Source: Clostridium pasteurianum (GTDB lineage Bacteria; Bacillota; Clostridia; Clostridiales; Clostridiaceae). From it: a DNA stretch of 32,000 nt. Shown here one piece after another: positions 17,012-25,839 of the stretch. The notes under the pieces were generated by a model. That model had not been told where the DNA came from and did not search any database. It worked only from the letters and a program-made list of their open reading frames with translations. Numbering within the stretch: the stretch's first letter is position 1; each line of letters begins with the position of its first letter. The translations under genes were made by a program, and so were the position numbers. The stretch spans positions 3,010,181 to 3,042,180 of the forward strand of contig NZ_MCGV01000001.1 of assembly GCF_001705235.1 (NCBI RefSeq), read 5' to 3'.

Positions 17012-18403
17012 TTGAGTCAGAAAAAGAATTACAGTAGAAGTTTTATAATTCTTCAAGAGAATGAAAAAGGATATGAGATATCTTCTGATAAACTTCCTAC
17101 AGGTTATGCAAAGATAGAAATAAAAAATGGCAAATGCAAGGTATCTTTTTATGTTCAAAATTTAAAGAAGATGTCTAAACCATATAGTATGCTGCTTGTT
17201 TGTGATAAAAAAAATACAAAAAAATTAATTCATTTGGGAAAAATTAATATAGATGAATATGGGAGATCAGAAATAAGCAGAGAATTTGAGGAAAGCGATA
17301 TAGCAGGAAGCGGTATACCTGTAGATAGAGTTGTAGGAGCATCTATTGCACAGGTTATAGAGGATAATATCATTGCTGTTATGAGTGGATTTAATGCTTC
17401 AGATGTATCAGATTCATGGAAAACATATCCTGTGGCTCAAGTAAAAAAGGAAACTGATGAAACAAATAAAGTAAGTGAGAATATAGAACAATCTCATAAG
17501 GATGATATTAGAAAAGACGAGGCTCAGGAAGCAGTATCAAAGAAAAAAGAGAATACAACTAATGTATTTGATGAATATGAAAAGAGAGTACAGGCGAAAG
17601 CAGACAAACAAGATGAAGAGGTAAACAAAGTAAAAGAAGTAAATGCAGTAAAAGAAGTAAAAGAAGTAAAAGAAGTAAATGCAGTAAAAGAAGTAAAATC
17701 AGAGAATACAGAAATTAGTAAAGAAAAGACCAAGGAAAAGACCAAAGAGAGACACCAAGATAAAAGGGACAATGCACAAGAAGATAGTGTGCAGGATAGT
17801 AGCAGCGAAGATGAAAGCAACAATAATGTAGAAGAAACTAGTACAGTAGAGGGAATCAATAAATTAGAAGATAATGATAATACAGATGAAATTAATAAAG
17901 TTAGTGATATAGAAGATAATAATTATGATTCATATCAAAGTGTAAATGAGGATGAAGAAGATTTGAGTGAACTTCCTAAGGGAAGAGTAGGAAAATTCTT
18001 TAGAAGTCTTACTAATGGACTTGAAGATCTAGGAGATGTTTTCCCAGATGTAAAGCGCTGCCAGTGGTATAAAATATCATCTGAATATCCTCAAAACATG
18101 TTTGATTCTCAAAGTTATAATAGATATGCTGTGATATATTACCCAATGTTAATGTATTATCCGTACATCGAAAAATATGGACATTATTTGCTAGGATATA
18201 AGTGTGATAAAAATGACAATATGAAATACATTGTATATGCAGTTCCAGGAACGAAAAAAAGAACAGAGCAGCCATTTGGAGGAAAAACTGGTTTTGTTTC
18301 ATGGATTCCGCTTGTAGATGGTGATGAAAAAGAGGATTCTCTTGGATATTGGCTTATGTTTTATGATTTCAAAAATGCAACTATAGCAGTACCTAAAAGA
18401 TAA
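17012..18403 (+). CDS. Hypothetical protein: N-terminal domain, acidic/Lys-rich low-complexity centre, aromatic-rich C-terminal domain
   Basis: 463-aa ORF. TTG start 9 nt after GGGAGG. Coding-like composition throughout. No family recognised. Confidence 0.7.
   Translation: MSQKKNYSRSFIILQENEKGYEISSDKLPTGYAKIEIKNGKCKVSFYVQNLKKMSKPYSMLLVCDKKNTKKLIHLGKINIDEYGRSEISREFEESDIAGSGIPVDRVVGASIAQVIEDNIIAVMSGFNASDVSDSWKTYPVAQVKKETDETNKVSENIEQSHKDDIRKDEAQEAVSKKKENTTNVFDEYEKRVQAKADKQDEEVNKVKEVNAVKEVKEVKEVNAVKEVKSENTEISKEKTKEKTKERHQDKRDNAQEDSVQDSSSEDESNNNVEETSTVEGINKLEDNDNTDEINKVSDIEDNNYDSYQSVNEDEEDLSELPKGRVGKFFRSLTNGLEDLGDVFPDVKRCQWYKISSEYPQNMFDSQSYNRYAVIYYPMLMYYPYIEKYGHYLLGYKCDKNDNMKYIVYAVPGTKKRTEQPFGGKTGFVSWIPLVDGDEKEDSLGYWLMFYDFKNATIAVPKR
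17621..17701 (+). repeat. In-frame 9-nt tandem repeat (GTAAAAGAA and variants, 9 units)
   Basis: GTAAACAAA GTAAAAGAA GTAAATGCA GTAAAAGAA x3 GTAAATGCA GTAAAAGAA GTAAAATCA encodes VNKVKEVNAVKEVKEVKEVNAVKEVKS. A second short repeat, GAAAAGACCAAG x2, follows at about 17722. Confidence 0.9.
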
Positions 18404-18435
18404 CAAAAGCATATTTAAAATGTGTAGGTGATAAT

Positions 18436-19074
18436 ATGAAGTTTGTAGTGGTAGACGGTAAGAAACTAGGAGCTATAATTGTTGTTATTGGACTCATGCT
18501 TGTATTATTCGGTATAGGAAATAATTTTAATGATAAAATAAGATCCACAGCTTATATCCAGAGCAATATGGGAAAATTGAAAGAGTATAAAATAAATGAG
18601 TTAAATATAAGTTATATGCTTCCAGAAAAATGGGTAACGAAGATTCAAAAATTTGGTGGCGGCGAAATTATATATCACAATGATTTTACAGATACGGCTG
18701 AAGGTATTAATGGATTTGTTGAGGTATGGAATATTAAGCAGGATTTGAAAACATTTTTAAATAACAGCAAAGAAGTTAGTATGGAGCAAAATGTTATAGA
18801 GAATTATACGATTCAAAATTTGAGTACAAAAATCGGTAATGGATTTTTAGTTAAATATATAATTAAAGATAAATATGAAAAGAAATATGTTGCCAATGAG
18901 TACTTTATAAAAGCGGGAAGTAAATTTATAAGATTTGCTTTTTATGTAGATAGTGAAAAATATAAAAATAATATGCAGCCACTTTTTAAAGCTATAATTA
19001 ACACTCTAAAATATGAAAAGAGTGTAAATTTAATTGATAAAACTAATTTTAAGTATTATAATAGGAGAAGTTAA
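18436..19074 (+). CDS. Hypothetical N-terminally membrane-anchored protein
   Basis: Hydrophobic segment LGAIIVVIGLMLVLFGIG near the N-terminus. AGGTGA SD. 32 nt after the preceding gene. Confidence 0.7.
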   Translation: MKFVVVDGKKLGAIIVVIGLMLVLFGIGNNFNDKIRSTAYIQSNMGKLKEYKINELNISYMLPEKWVTKIQKFGGGEIIYHNDFTDTAEGINGFVEVWNIKQDLKTFLNNSKEVSMEQNVIENYTIQNLSTKIGNGFLVKYIIKDKYEKKYVANEYFIKAGSKFIRFAFYVDSEKYKNNMQPLFKAIINTLKYEKSVNLIDKTNFKYYNRRS

Positions 19075-19155
19075 GCACTTCTTCTTTTTTAATGTGCTTA
19101 AATAGATGTAGATTGTAGATTTTAGTACAAAAAACTTCAATTAGGGGGAATTCAG

Positions 19156-20010
19156 TTGAAGCGTAAGAAGCTCTTAAGCTTTTTTTTAGTTTTAGTTATG
19201 TCTCTTAGTTCAATGACTTTTACCGGGTGTCAAAGTTTTAGCAATAACATAAGTAACATTAAAGTTAAATTAGGTTTAAAAAATAATGACTTCCAATATA
19301 TAGAAGACGGTAAAATAAGTAAGATAGTTGTACAAAGTACAAGAGACAGCGGATTTAGATTTGTTGTTACTGATAAAAATGTAATTAATGATATATATGA
19401 TATGCTTTCTTCAGCTAAAGCTGTGAATAGTAGATCATCTTTAAAGCCTGATTATACATTTCAATTATATAAAAATGATAAGAAGGTATATGCTACTTTT
19501 AATTATATAGCAGGTCTCGACAAAAAGGACGGAGGAAATTTTTATAACAATAGTAAAAGTTATGTGGTTTCAAACAGAATAGATAGTGATATAATAAAGA
19601 ATTTTTGGGAAATAGATGGAACAAGAAGTTTAATAGATTTTAATTCTGTTTACTATAAAATGATTTCAGACGTAGTTGATAAGTATATTGCTTATAGTAA
19701 AAGCAGTAGTATAGGAATAGAAGTAGACAATGATATTAATGCAGCTAAGTTTATTCAGTCTACTAAGCTAGAAGATTTTAAGAAGAAATTGCCTTCCGGT
19801 GTTACACTTGTAGAAAGTACAGACGATGATACAAGCAAAGACTCTACATTGAATTTAACTACAGAAGGCTATGATCAAACAATATATAAGTGTACTGCCA
19901 CTTTTTATAATAAGAAGACTATGGAGCAAAAGAAATACTATTTGACTGGAAAATATATAAAAAGTTATTGGAATATATCTATTTCTGAAACTAAGCCTAA
20001 TAATTTTTAA
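19156..20010 (+). CDS. Hypothetical lipoprotein
   Basis: Signal peptide with lipobox (LSSMTFTGC). TTG start 6 nt after AGGGGGA. Confidence 0.7.
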   Translation: MKRKKLLSFFLVLVMSLSSMTFTGCQSFSNNISNIKVKLGLKNNDFQYIEDGKISKIVVQSTRDSGFRFVVTDKNVINDIYDMLSSAKAVNSRSSLKPDYTFQLYKNDKKVYATFNYIAGLDKKDGGNFYNNSKSYVVSNRIDSDIIKNFWEIDGTRSLIDFNSVYYKMISDVVDKYIAYSKSSSIGIEVDNDINAAKFIQSTKLEDFKKKLPSGVTLVESTDDDTSKDSTLNLTTEGYDQTIYKCTATFYNKKTMEQKKYYLTGKYIKSYWNISISETKPNNF

Positions 20011-20037
20011 TATTTGGTAAAAAACGGAGGAAAATTT

Positions 20038-20868
20038 ATGAATAAGTGTGATAGCTGTTCTAGTAAAAATAATTGTAAAAGTAATGGCAATTGTTCTAAA
20101 CTAGCTTGCAAATATGGGAATATAAAAAATATAATAGGTGTTATAAGTGGAAAAGGTGGAGTTGGAAAATCTACAGTTACTGGAATTCTTGCAGTTAAGT
20201 TGGCTCAAAAAGGATTTAAAGTTGGAATTCTTGATGGGGATATAACAGGACCATCTATGCCAAGAATACTTGGTATAAATGATAAGAGAAGTCTTATTGT
20301 TCAGAATAAAGGAAGCGAAGATGTAAAATTCGTTCCAGTTGAAACTCCAAAGGGGATAAAAGTAATATCACTTAATTTAATGATTGAAAGTGAAGACCAA
20401 CCAGTTATTTGGAGAGGACCGGTTATAAATAGTGTACTAAATCAGATGTATGCAGACACTGAGTGGGGAGATTTAGATTATCTTATTATAGATATGCCTC
20501 CTGGAACAGGTGATGTAGCTTTAACAGTAATGCAGAATATATCTTTAAGTGGAATGATTATAGTATCAACGCCTCAAGATATGGTATCTATGATAGTTAA
20601 AAAAGTGGTTACCATGGCTAAAAAAATGAATGTTAATATACTTGGAGTTGTTGAAAATATGTCATATATAGTTTGCGAGAAGTGCGGAGAAAAAATGAGA
20701 GTATTCAGTAAGAAATCCGCCAAGGAACAGGCAGAATATTTAGGACTTCCACTTGTGTGTGAGATGCCAATAGATTTAGATTTGGTAGACAATCTTGAAA
20801 AAGGTACTGTTGAAGAATATATATATGATAATGATAAGTACGAAAATATTTTAGATAATATTTTATAG
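20038..20868 (+). CDS. mrp: Mrp/ApbC/NBP35-family Fe-S cluster carrier ATPase
   Basis: Deviant Walker A GKGGVGKST, DMPPGTGD, CEKCGEK, Cys-rich N-terminus. The ATG at 20038 lies 7 nt after GGAGG. Confidence 0.9.
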   Translation: MNKCDSCSSKNNCKSNGNCSKLACKYGNIKNIIGVISGKGGVGKSTVTGILAVKLAQKGFKVGILDGDITGPSMPRILGINDKRSLIVQNKGSEDVKFVPVETPKGIKVISLNLMIESEDQPVIWRGPVINSVLNQMYADTEWGDLDYLIIDMPPGTGDVALTVMQNISLSGMIIVSTPQDMVSMIVKKVVTMAKKMNVNILGVVENMSYIVCEKCGEKMRVFSKKSAKEQAEYLGLPLVCEMPIDLDLVDNLEKGTVEEYIYDNDKYENILDNIL

Positions 20869-20895
20869 AAGTTTTAAAACTTATATGTATGAATA

Positions 20896-20928
20896 AAAAT
20901 CATCCAATGTGTGTTATTGGATGATTTT
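20896..20928 (+). terminator. Intrinsic terminator after mrp
   Basis: AAAATCATCCAAT-GTGTGTT-ATTGGATGATTTT stem-loop. Confidence 0.65.
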
Positions 20929-20973
20929 ATGTTGATATACCAATTTTTAATTTTATACGGGGGGAAATAAATT

Positions 20974-21918
20974 ATGACAAAAGTAAAGAAGTTAATAGCA
21001 GTTGCTTGTGTAGCAGCCACTATACTAACAATTAGTGGTTGTGACAATACAAAAGATATAAGCATGAATGTCAAAAAGGGCGATAAATATGTTTCTAGTC
21101 TTACTGAAAATGAGAGCACTTCAATGAGTGTGAATGGAGAAAATGTTAATACAAAACAAAAGCTTGACACAAGTTATGATGTTAAAGTAACTGATGTAGA
21201 TAAGAATAATAATGTAACTATGGAATACAAATATGCTGATATAAAGATTGAACAAGAATCCAATGGACAAACTGTAAGCTATGATACTAAAAAATTAAAT
21301 GCTAGCAGCGGCGGTGAAGCTCAGATATATAAAGATCTTATTGGAAAGAGCTTTTCTGTGAAATTTACGAATAAAGGTAAAGTTCTATCTATAAAAGGAA
21401 TAGGTGAAATACTTGATTCTATAGCTGATAAAGCTGTTACTGATGATAGTCAAAAGCAAAAGGTTAAAGACATATTGTCAAAGAATTTTGGAGACGATAC
21501 TATTAAATCAAGCTTGCAGCAGAGCATGGGATTTTATCCAAAAGATAAGATAAATGTAGGAGACACATGGGAAAATAAATTTAAGTATAATATTATATTA
21601 CCTGTCTCTGTAAGTAGTAAATATAAATTATCAAGTGTCCAAAATAATCAATATGTTATAGATGTAAATTCAAAACTTGCTACAGACAGTGGATCCAAAG
21701 ATGGAGAGATTGATGGAATTAAAGCAAAAGTAAAATTAAATGGAAATATAAATGGTAATATAAATATAAATAAAGATGATTGTATTTTAGGTGATGGAAA
21801 ATTAACTGAGACATTAAAAGGTACAATATATGTTCCTGCAAGTGATAATGTTCCAACAGATCTTAAATTTCCAGTAACAATGAAAATAAATATTAATTAT
21901 AAAACTATAAAGAAATAA
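20974..21918 (+). CDS. Hypothetical lipoprotein
   Basis: Signal peptide with lipobox (TILTISGC). ATG lies 8 nt after GGGGGGA. Beta-rich, Lys/Asn-rich mature part. Confidence 0.75.
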   Translation: MTKVKKLIAVACVAATILTISGCDNTKDISMNVKKGDKYVSSLTENESTSMSVNGENVNTKQKLDTSYDVKVTDVDKNNNVTMEYKYADIKIEQESNGQTVSYDTKKLNASSGGEAQIYKDLIGKSFSVKFTNKGKVLSIKGIGEILDSIADKAVTDDSQKQKVKDILSKNFGDDTIKSSLQQSMGFYPKDKINVGDTWENKFKYNIILPVSVSSKYKLSSVQNNQYVIDVNSKLATDSGSKDGEIDGIKAKVKLNGNINGNININKDDCILGDGKLTETLKGTIYVPASDNVPTDLKFPVTMKININYKTIKK

Positions 21919-21965
21919 AAAATAGGTCTGATGCGATAAAGGTTAAGGAAAATTTAAATTAAAAG

Positions 21966-22307
21966 CTTTCCATAGTGAAACGGAGGAAAGATGTCCATGT
22001 TTTACTCCAAAAGCGAATTAACATTGATGAAGTAACAATTTAAAAAAATCTAATGAATGTTATCATACAAGAGGCTGGGGCTTGGGTCAAAGACCCATTA
22101 TCCTTCTTAATCTAATATAAGCACTCTCTATATTATGAGAGTGCTTGTTTAGATAGATCTTAAAATATTTATAGATCAAAATTATTAGGCGTAAACATTA
22201 AGATAGCCTATATTTTATAAAGAAGGATAATGGGTCTTTGACCCAAGCCCCAGCTATGATAAGATTTATTAGATTTTTTTAATGTTACAAATCAATGTTA
22301 ATTCGCT
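21966..22307 (+). repeat. Long-hairpin repeat element, copy 4 (stem-loop 21966-21990, hairpin 22012-22307) with a different apical module
   Basis: CTTTCCATAGTGAAACGGAGGAAAG. Basal arms AGCGAATTAACATTGATGAAGTAACAATTTAAAAAAATC / GATTTTTTTAATGTTACAAATCAATGTTAATTCGCT. The apex is replaced by the 22074-22254 element. Confidence 0.8.
22074..22254. repeat. 181-bp element with perfect 35-bp GC-rich terminal inverted repeats, nested in copy 4
   Basis: GCTGGGGCTTGGGTCAAAGACCCATTATCCTTCTT (22074-22108) is the exact reverse complement of 22220-22254. The 111-bp core holds three small hairpins, including AAGCACTCTC-TATATTAT-GAGAGTGCTT. Confidence 0.85.
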
Positions 22308-22802
22308 CTATTTCTCGTAGCTTTCAACTATTTCTCCAAAGAAAAGTGTGTGAAATCTACCATCACTATAAATTTTATCTTTTATGTCTTTATCAATTTT
22401 TGAAAGATCAATATCACTAGAATATACTACTTTGCATTCGTAATAAATTCCACAGTCATCTATAATTGGCGCAGATAATTTTTTTGAGTCTTTCGTTTTT
22501 ATATTGGCTTCTTTAAATTTATTTATGTCCCTTCCTGATTTTGTTCCACAGATTGAAAGTGCTTTTTTCAATTTGTCATTAGTGGGTATGCTTATGGTAA
22601 ATTCTTTTGATTCTTTTATGAAGTCATAAGAATATCTTGAAGTTCTTATTAATGCCATAAATATTGGACGATTCCATTCGTAACCTATGTTGCCCCAGCT
22701 TATAGTCATTGTATTAGTTTTATCACCATTTTTTACAGTTAAAAATGCACCTTGTTTATGAAGATATTCCATAGCCTTATCTAAGTTATTAGTAAAATCC
22801 AT
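22308..22802 (-). CDS. Flavin reductase-like FMN-binding (split-barrel) protein
   Basis: About 160 aa with TISWGNIGYEWNRPIF and an overall pattern resembling the flavin reductase/flavoredoxin family. ATG lies 8 nt after AAGGAGG. Confidence 0.55.
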   Translation of the reverse strand: MDFTNNLDKAMEYLHKQGAFLTVKNGDKTNTMTISWGNIGYEWNRPIFMALIRTSRYSYDFIKESKEFTISIPTNDKLKKALSICGTKSGRDINKFKEANIKTKDSKKLSAPIIDDCGIYYECKVVYSSDIDLSKIDKDIKDKIYSDGRFHTLFFGEIVESYEK

Positions 22803-23020
22803 TTGTATAGCCTCCTTGATTTGAATATATAATATTATTCTATCATATAAGAAAAAAAATTCATTTGTATCTTTGAAATTTTAAGTATAAATTTTCATAT
22901 CATTGTTTAGATAATAAATTAATATAAAAATAATTGTAAAATTGAGTGAAGTTATTAATATAATGATTATATGAGCACCGTATTTAATTGTTCGTAGAAA
23001 TATAATAGAGGGATGGTACA

Positions 23021-25462
23021 ATGAAGGCTATTATTATGGCAGGAGGTAAGGGTACGAGACTTAGACCGCTTACATGTAATATTCCCAAACCCATGATGCC
23101 AATTATGCAAAAGCCGATTATTCAGTATATTATTGAGTTATTAAAAAAGTATGATATAACGGAAATAGGTATTACACTTCAATATCTTTCTGATGAAATA
23201 ACAAGTTACTTTGGAAATGGAAAAAAGTTTGGGGTGAATTTACAGTATTTTATAGAAAAAAGTCCTCTAGGAACTGCGGGAAGTGTAAGAAGTGCGGAGG
23301 ATTTTCTTGATGAAACCTTTGTAGTTGTAAGTGGTGATGCTCTTACAGATATAAATTTAACTAAAGTTTTACAATATCATAAACAGAAGAAATCTACAGT
23401 TACAATCGTTTTAAAGAAAGTGGATATACCTCTAGAATATGGTGTTGCAGTTACAGATGAATGTGGCAAAATAGATAATTTTATTGAAAAACCCGGGTGG
23501 AGTGAAATTTTTAGCGATAAAGTTAACACCGGTATATATGTTATGGAGCCTAAGATTTTTAAACTATATAATAAGAATAAAAAGATTGATTTTAGTAAAG
23601 ATTTATTTCCTGTTCTTTTAAAAAATAATGAGCCTGTGTATGGATATGTAACTAATACTTATTGGAGAGACATAGGAAATATAGAGCAGTTTATGGAGTG
23701 TAATTTTGATGTACTTAATGAAGAAATAAATGTGAAAATTGATGCTGAAAAATGTAAAGACGGAGTGTGGATGGGAAAAGACTGTATAATAGAACCTAAT
23801 GTAAAAATAATTCCACCAGTTTATATAGGAGATAATTGTAAGATATTATCTAATGCCGAAATTGGACCTTTTACTGTACTTGGAAGAAATAGTATAGTAT
23901 CTGAAATGGCAGCATTAAAGAGAAGTATAGTGTTTGAAAATTGCTATGTCGGGAAATACACTCAATTAAGGGGGGCTATAGTATCAAATAATGTTCAAAT
24001 CGGAAAAGGAGTATCAATTTTTGAAGAATGTTCAATTGGCAGTGGAAGTTTAATAGGAGAGAGAAGTATTATTAAAGCAGGTGTAAAAATATGGCCATAT
24101 AAAGTTATAGGAAGTAGAGCAATTATAAAAACAAGCATTATGTGGGGGAAGAATAGCCCTAAAGTATTATTTGGTAAAAATGGAGTATGCGGTGAGGTAA
24201 ATGTTGAGATCACACCGGAATTTGTGTCAAAATTAGCATCAGCTTTTGCTGCAATTTTGAAGCTGAACTCAAAGGTAATAGTATGCTCGAGTTCTGATTC
24301 TTCATGTGAAATGTTAAAATATTCTTTTATGTCTGGTCTAGTATCTATGGGCATGCAGGTTTATTCTGCTGAAGAAATGACAATCCCAATGATTAGGCTT
24401 TCAACAGTTAAATTTAATATGGACGCTGCGGTGTATTTATTCTGTGAGGAAGATACTTATGAAAAGGTCAATATATTATTCATTGACAAAGATGGAATAG
24501 CTATATCAAAATCTATGCAAAGAAAGATAGTGAATAATTTTGTAAAAGAAGATTTTATAAGAATGAGATCAAATGATTTTAAAAGAATAAGAAAATTAAA
24601 AGAATTCACAAGCTACTATGAAGAATACATTATAAGTGATTTGAAGATGCTAAAAGATGAACATAGAGAGATAAAAATTGCAGTATGGGCTTCCAATGAA
24701 TTTATAAAAAAAATTGCTATAAGAGTACTTAACAAGCTTAATATTCAATGTATTAAGTATGATAATTATATAAGTTTGGATGGCCTAAAAAAAGAAGTTT
24801 TAACAAAAAAATTGGACTTTGGGGTTAATATTTCAGAAAACTGTAGTGAAGCTATATTAATTGATGAGAAAGGCACAATATTAAATAAACAAATATATGA
24901 GAGTATAAAATCGTTGGTACTTATATATGCTTACGGATTTAAGACTATTGCGGTGCCGGTTAATTCATCAGCTGCATTGAAGAAAATAGCACAAAGATAT
25001 AACTGTAAGTATATTAGAACTAAGATTTCAGAAAGACATATTTTAAATGAATATATCAAAAATGAGAAAGATAAGGATAGAAAAAAGGTGCTGCTTTCGT
25101 ATCTTTCAAGTATAGATGCATTAAGTGTAATAATAAATGTAATCGATATTATGCTGGAAAATGAAATGAAGATTTCTGAATTTATAGGGAATATACCAAA
25201 TTATATTTTAAAGAACAAGGAAATAGCATGTTCGTGGGATAAAAAAGGAAGTATAATGAGAAAACTTATGGAAAAAAGCACTAGAAATCCGGTGGAACTT
25301 ATAGAAGGGATTAAATTTAATTATGATGATTCATGGGCACTTGTAATTCCAGATTCTAATGAACCTATATGCAAAATATATGCAGAGTCCTGTGATGAAG
25401 AGAAAACTGAGAAAATTATAGATAGATTTGAGAATGAAATACATTTGTTTTTAAGAAGTTGA
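23021..25462 (+). CDS. Sugar-phosphate nucleotidyltransferase (GlmU/GMPP-like, with left-handed beta-helix) fused to a degenerate PGM/PMM-like C-terminal region
   Basis: MAGGKGTRLRPLT signature, hexapeptide-repeat stretch at roughly aa 240-370, then a PMM-like alpha/beta region that lacks the TASHNP phosphoserine loop and the DGDGDR metal loop. Confidence 0.8.
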   Translation: MKAIIMAGGKGTRLRPLTCNIPKPMMPIMQKPIIQYIIELLKKYDITEIGITLQYLSDEITSYFGNGKKFGVNLQYFIEKSPLGTAGSVRSAEDFLDETFVVVSGDALTDINLTKVLQYHKQKKSTVTIVLKKVDIPLEYGVAVTDECGKIDNFIEKPGWSEIFSDKVNTGIYVMEPKIFKLYNKNKKIDFSKDLFPVLLKNNEPVYGYVTNTYWRDIGNIEQFMECNFDVLNEEINVKIDAEKCKDGVWMGKDCIIEPNVKIIPPVYIGDNCKILSNAEIGPFTVLGRNSIVSEMAALKRSIVFENCYVGKYTQLRGAIVSNNVQIGKGVSIFEECSIGSGSLIGERSIIKAGVKIWPYKVIGSRAIIKTSIMWGKNSPKVLFGKNGVCGEVNVEITPEFVSKLASAFAAILKLNSKVIVCSSSDSSCEMLKYSFMSGLVSMGMQVYSAEEMTIPMIRLSTVKFNMDAAVYLFCEEDTYEKVNILFIDKDGIAISKSMQRKIVNNFVKEDFIRMRSNDFKRIRKLKEFTSYYEEYIISDLKMLKDEHREIKIAVWASNEFIKKIAIRVLNKLNIQCIKYDNYISLDGLKKEVLTKKLDFGVNISENCSEAILIDEKGTILNKQIYESIKSLVLIYAYGFKTIAVPVNSSAALKKIAQRYNCKYIRTKISERHILNEYIKNEKDKDRKKVLLSYLSSIDALSVIINVIDIMLENEMKISEFIGNIPNYILKNKEIACSWDKKGSIMRKLMEKSTRNPVELIEGIKFNYDDSWALVIPDSNEPICKIYAESCDEEKTEKIIDRFENEIHLFLRS

Positions 25463-25472
25463 CAAAAAACTA

Positions 25473-25501
25473 TTGATTTTACTCATGATTAGTTTTATAA
25501 T
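25473..25501 (+). promoter_or_regulatory. Sigma-A promoter for the aspS-gatCAB leader
   Basis: TTGATT (25473-25478), 17-nt spacer, TATAAT (25496-25501). Confidence 0.6.
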
Positions 25502-25507
25502 GTATTT

Positions 25508-25815
25508 ATTATTTAAATATAAAGCTATAAAATTGCAATGAAGGAAAGAGTAGATTTAACTGAGCTTTCAGAGAGCCGGGCTTTAAGCTGTGAACCGGCA
25601 GCGAGATTAAATTGAAGAACATTCTGGAGTAGTTAACCAAAATCTTTTTGAAAGTAGGCTTAAACGGATGTCCATCGTTAAAGGGAATAGGTATTGATGT
25701 TTTTAGAGAACATTTTGTACTGAATTGAGTTAGCATTTTGCTAAGTAGGGTGGCACCGCGTTATATACAATCGCCCCTATACCAATATTATATTTGGTAT
25801 AGGGGCGATTTTTTA
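25508..25815 (+). promoter_or_regulatory. T-box riboswitch leader, Asn (AAC) specifier
   Basis: Stem I start AATGAAGGAAAGAGTAG, AGAGAG and GTGAACC motifs. Specifier context TTGAAG-AAC-A-TTCTGGAGTA (AAC at 25618-25620). T-box AAGTAGGGTGGCACCGCG (25743-25760). Terminator ATCGCCCCTATACC...GGTATAGGGGCGAT followed by TTTTTT (25769-25815). Confidence 0.85.
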
Positions 25816-25839
25816 TGTAAAAAAATTGGAGGGCTATGT

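Noticed and set aside
17524-17859. 111-aa minus-strand ORF
   Set aside because: It is the antisense of the tandem-repeat, low-complexity part of the 17012-18403 gene. Its repetitive FTS/LLS peptide is a by-product of the sense-strand repeat.
19071-19101. Hairpin TTAAGCAC-15 nt-GTGCTTAA after the 18436-19074 gene as a terminator
   Set aside because: It has a large loop and no downstream T-tract. The next gene is 81 nt away on the same strand, so read-through is more likely.
25509-25839. Minus-strand 75-aa ORF (25509-25736) and the N-terminal extension of the aspS ORF (25738-25839)
   Set aside because: Both lie on the T-box leader, including the T-box sequence and terminator. The real aspS start is the SD-preceded ATG at 25840.
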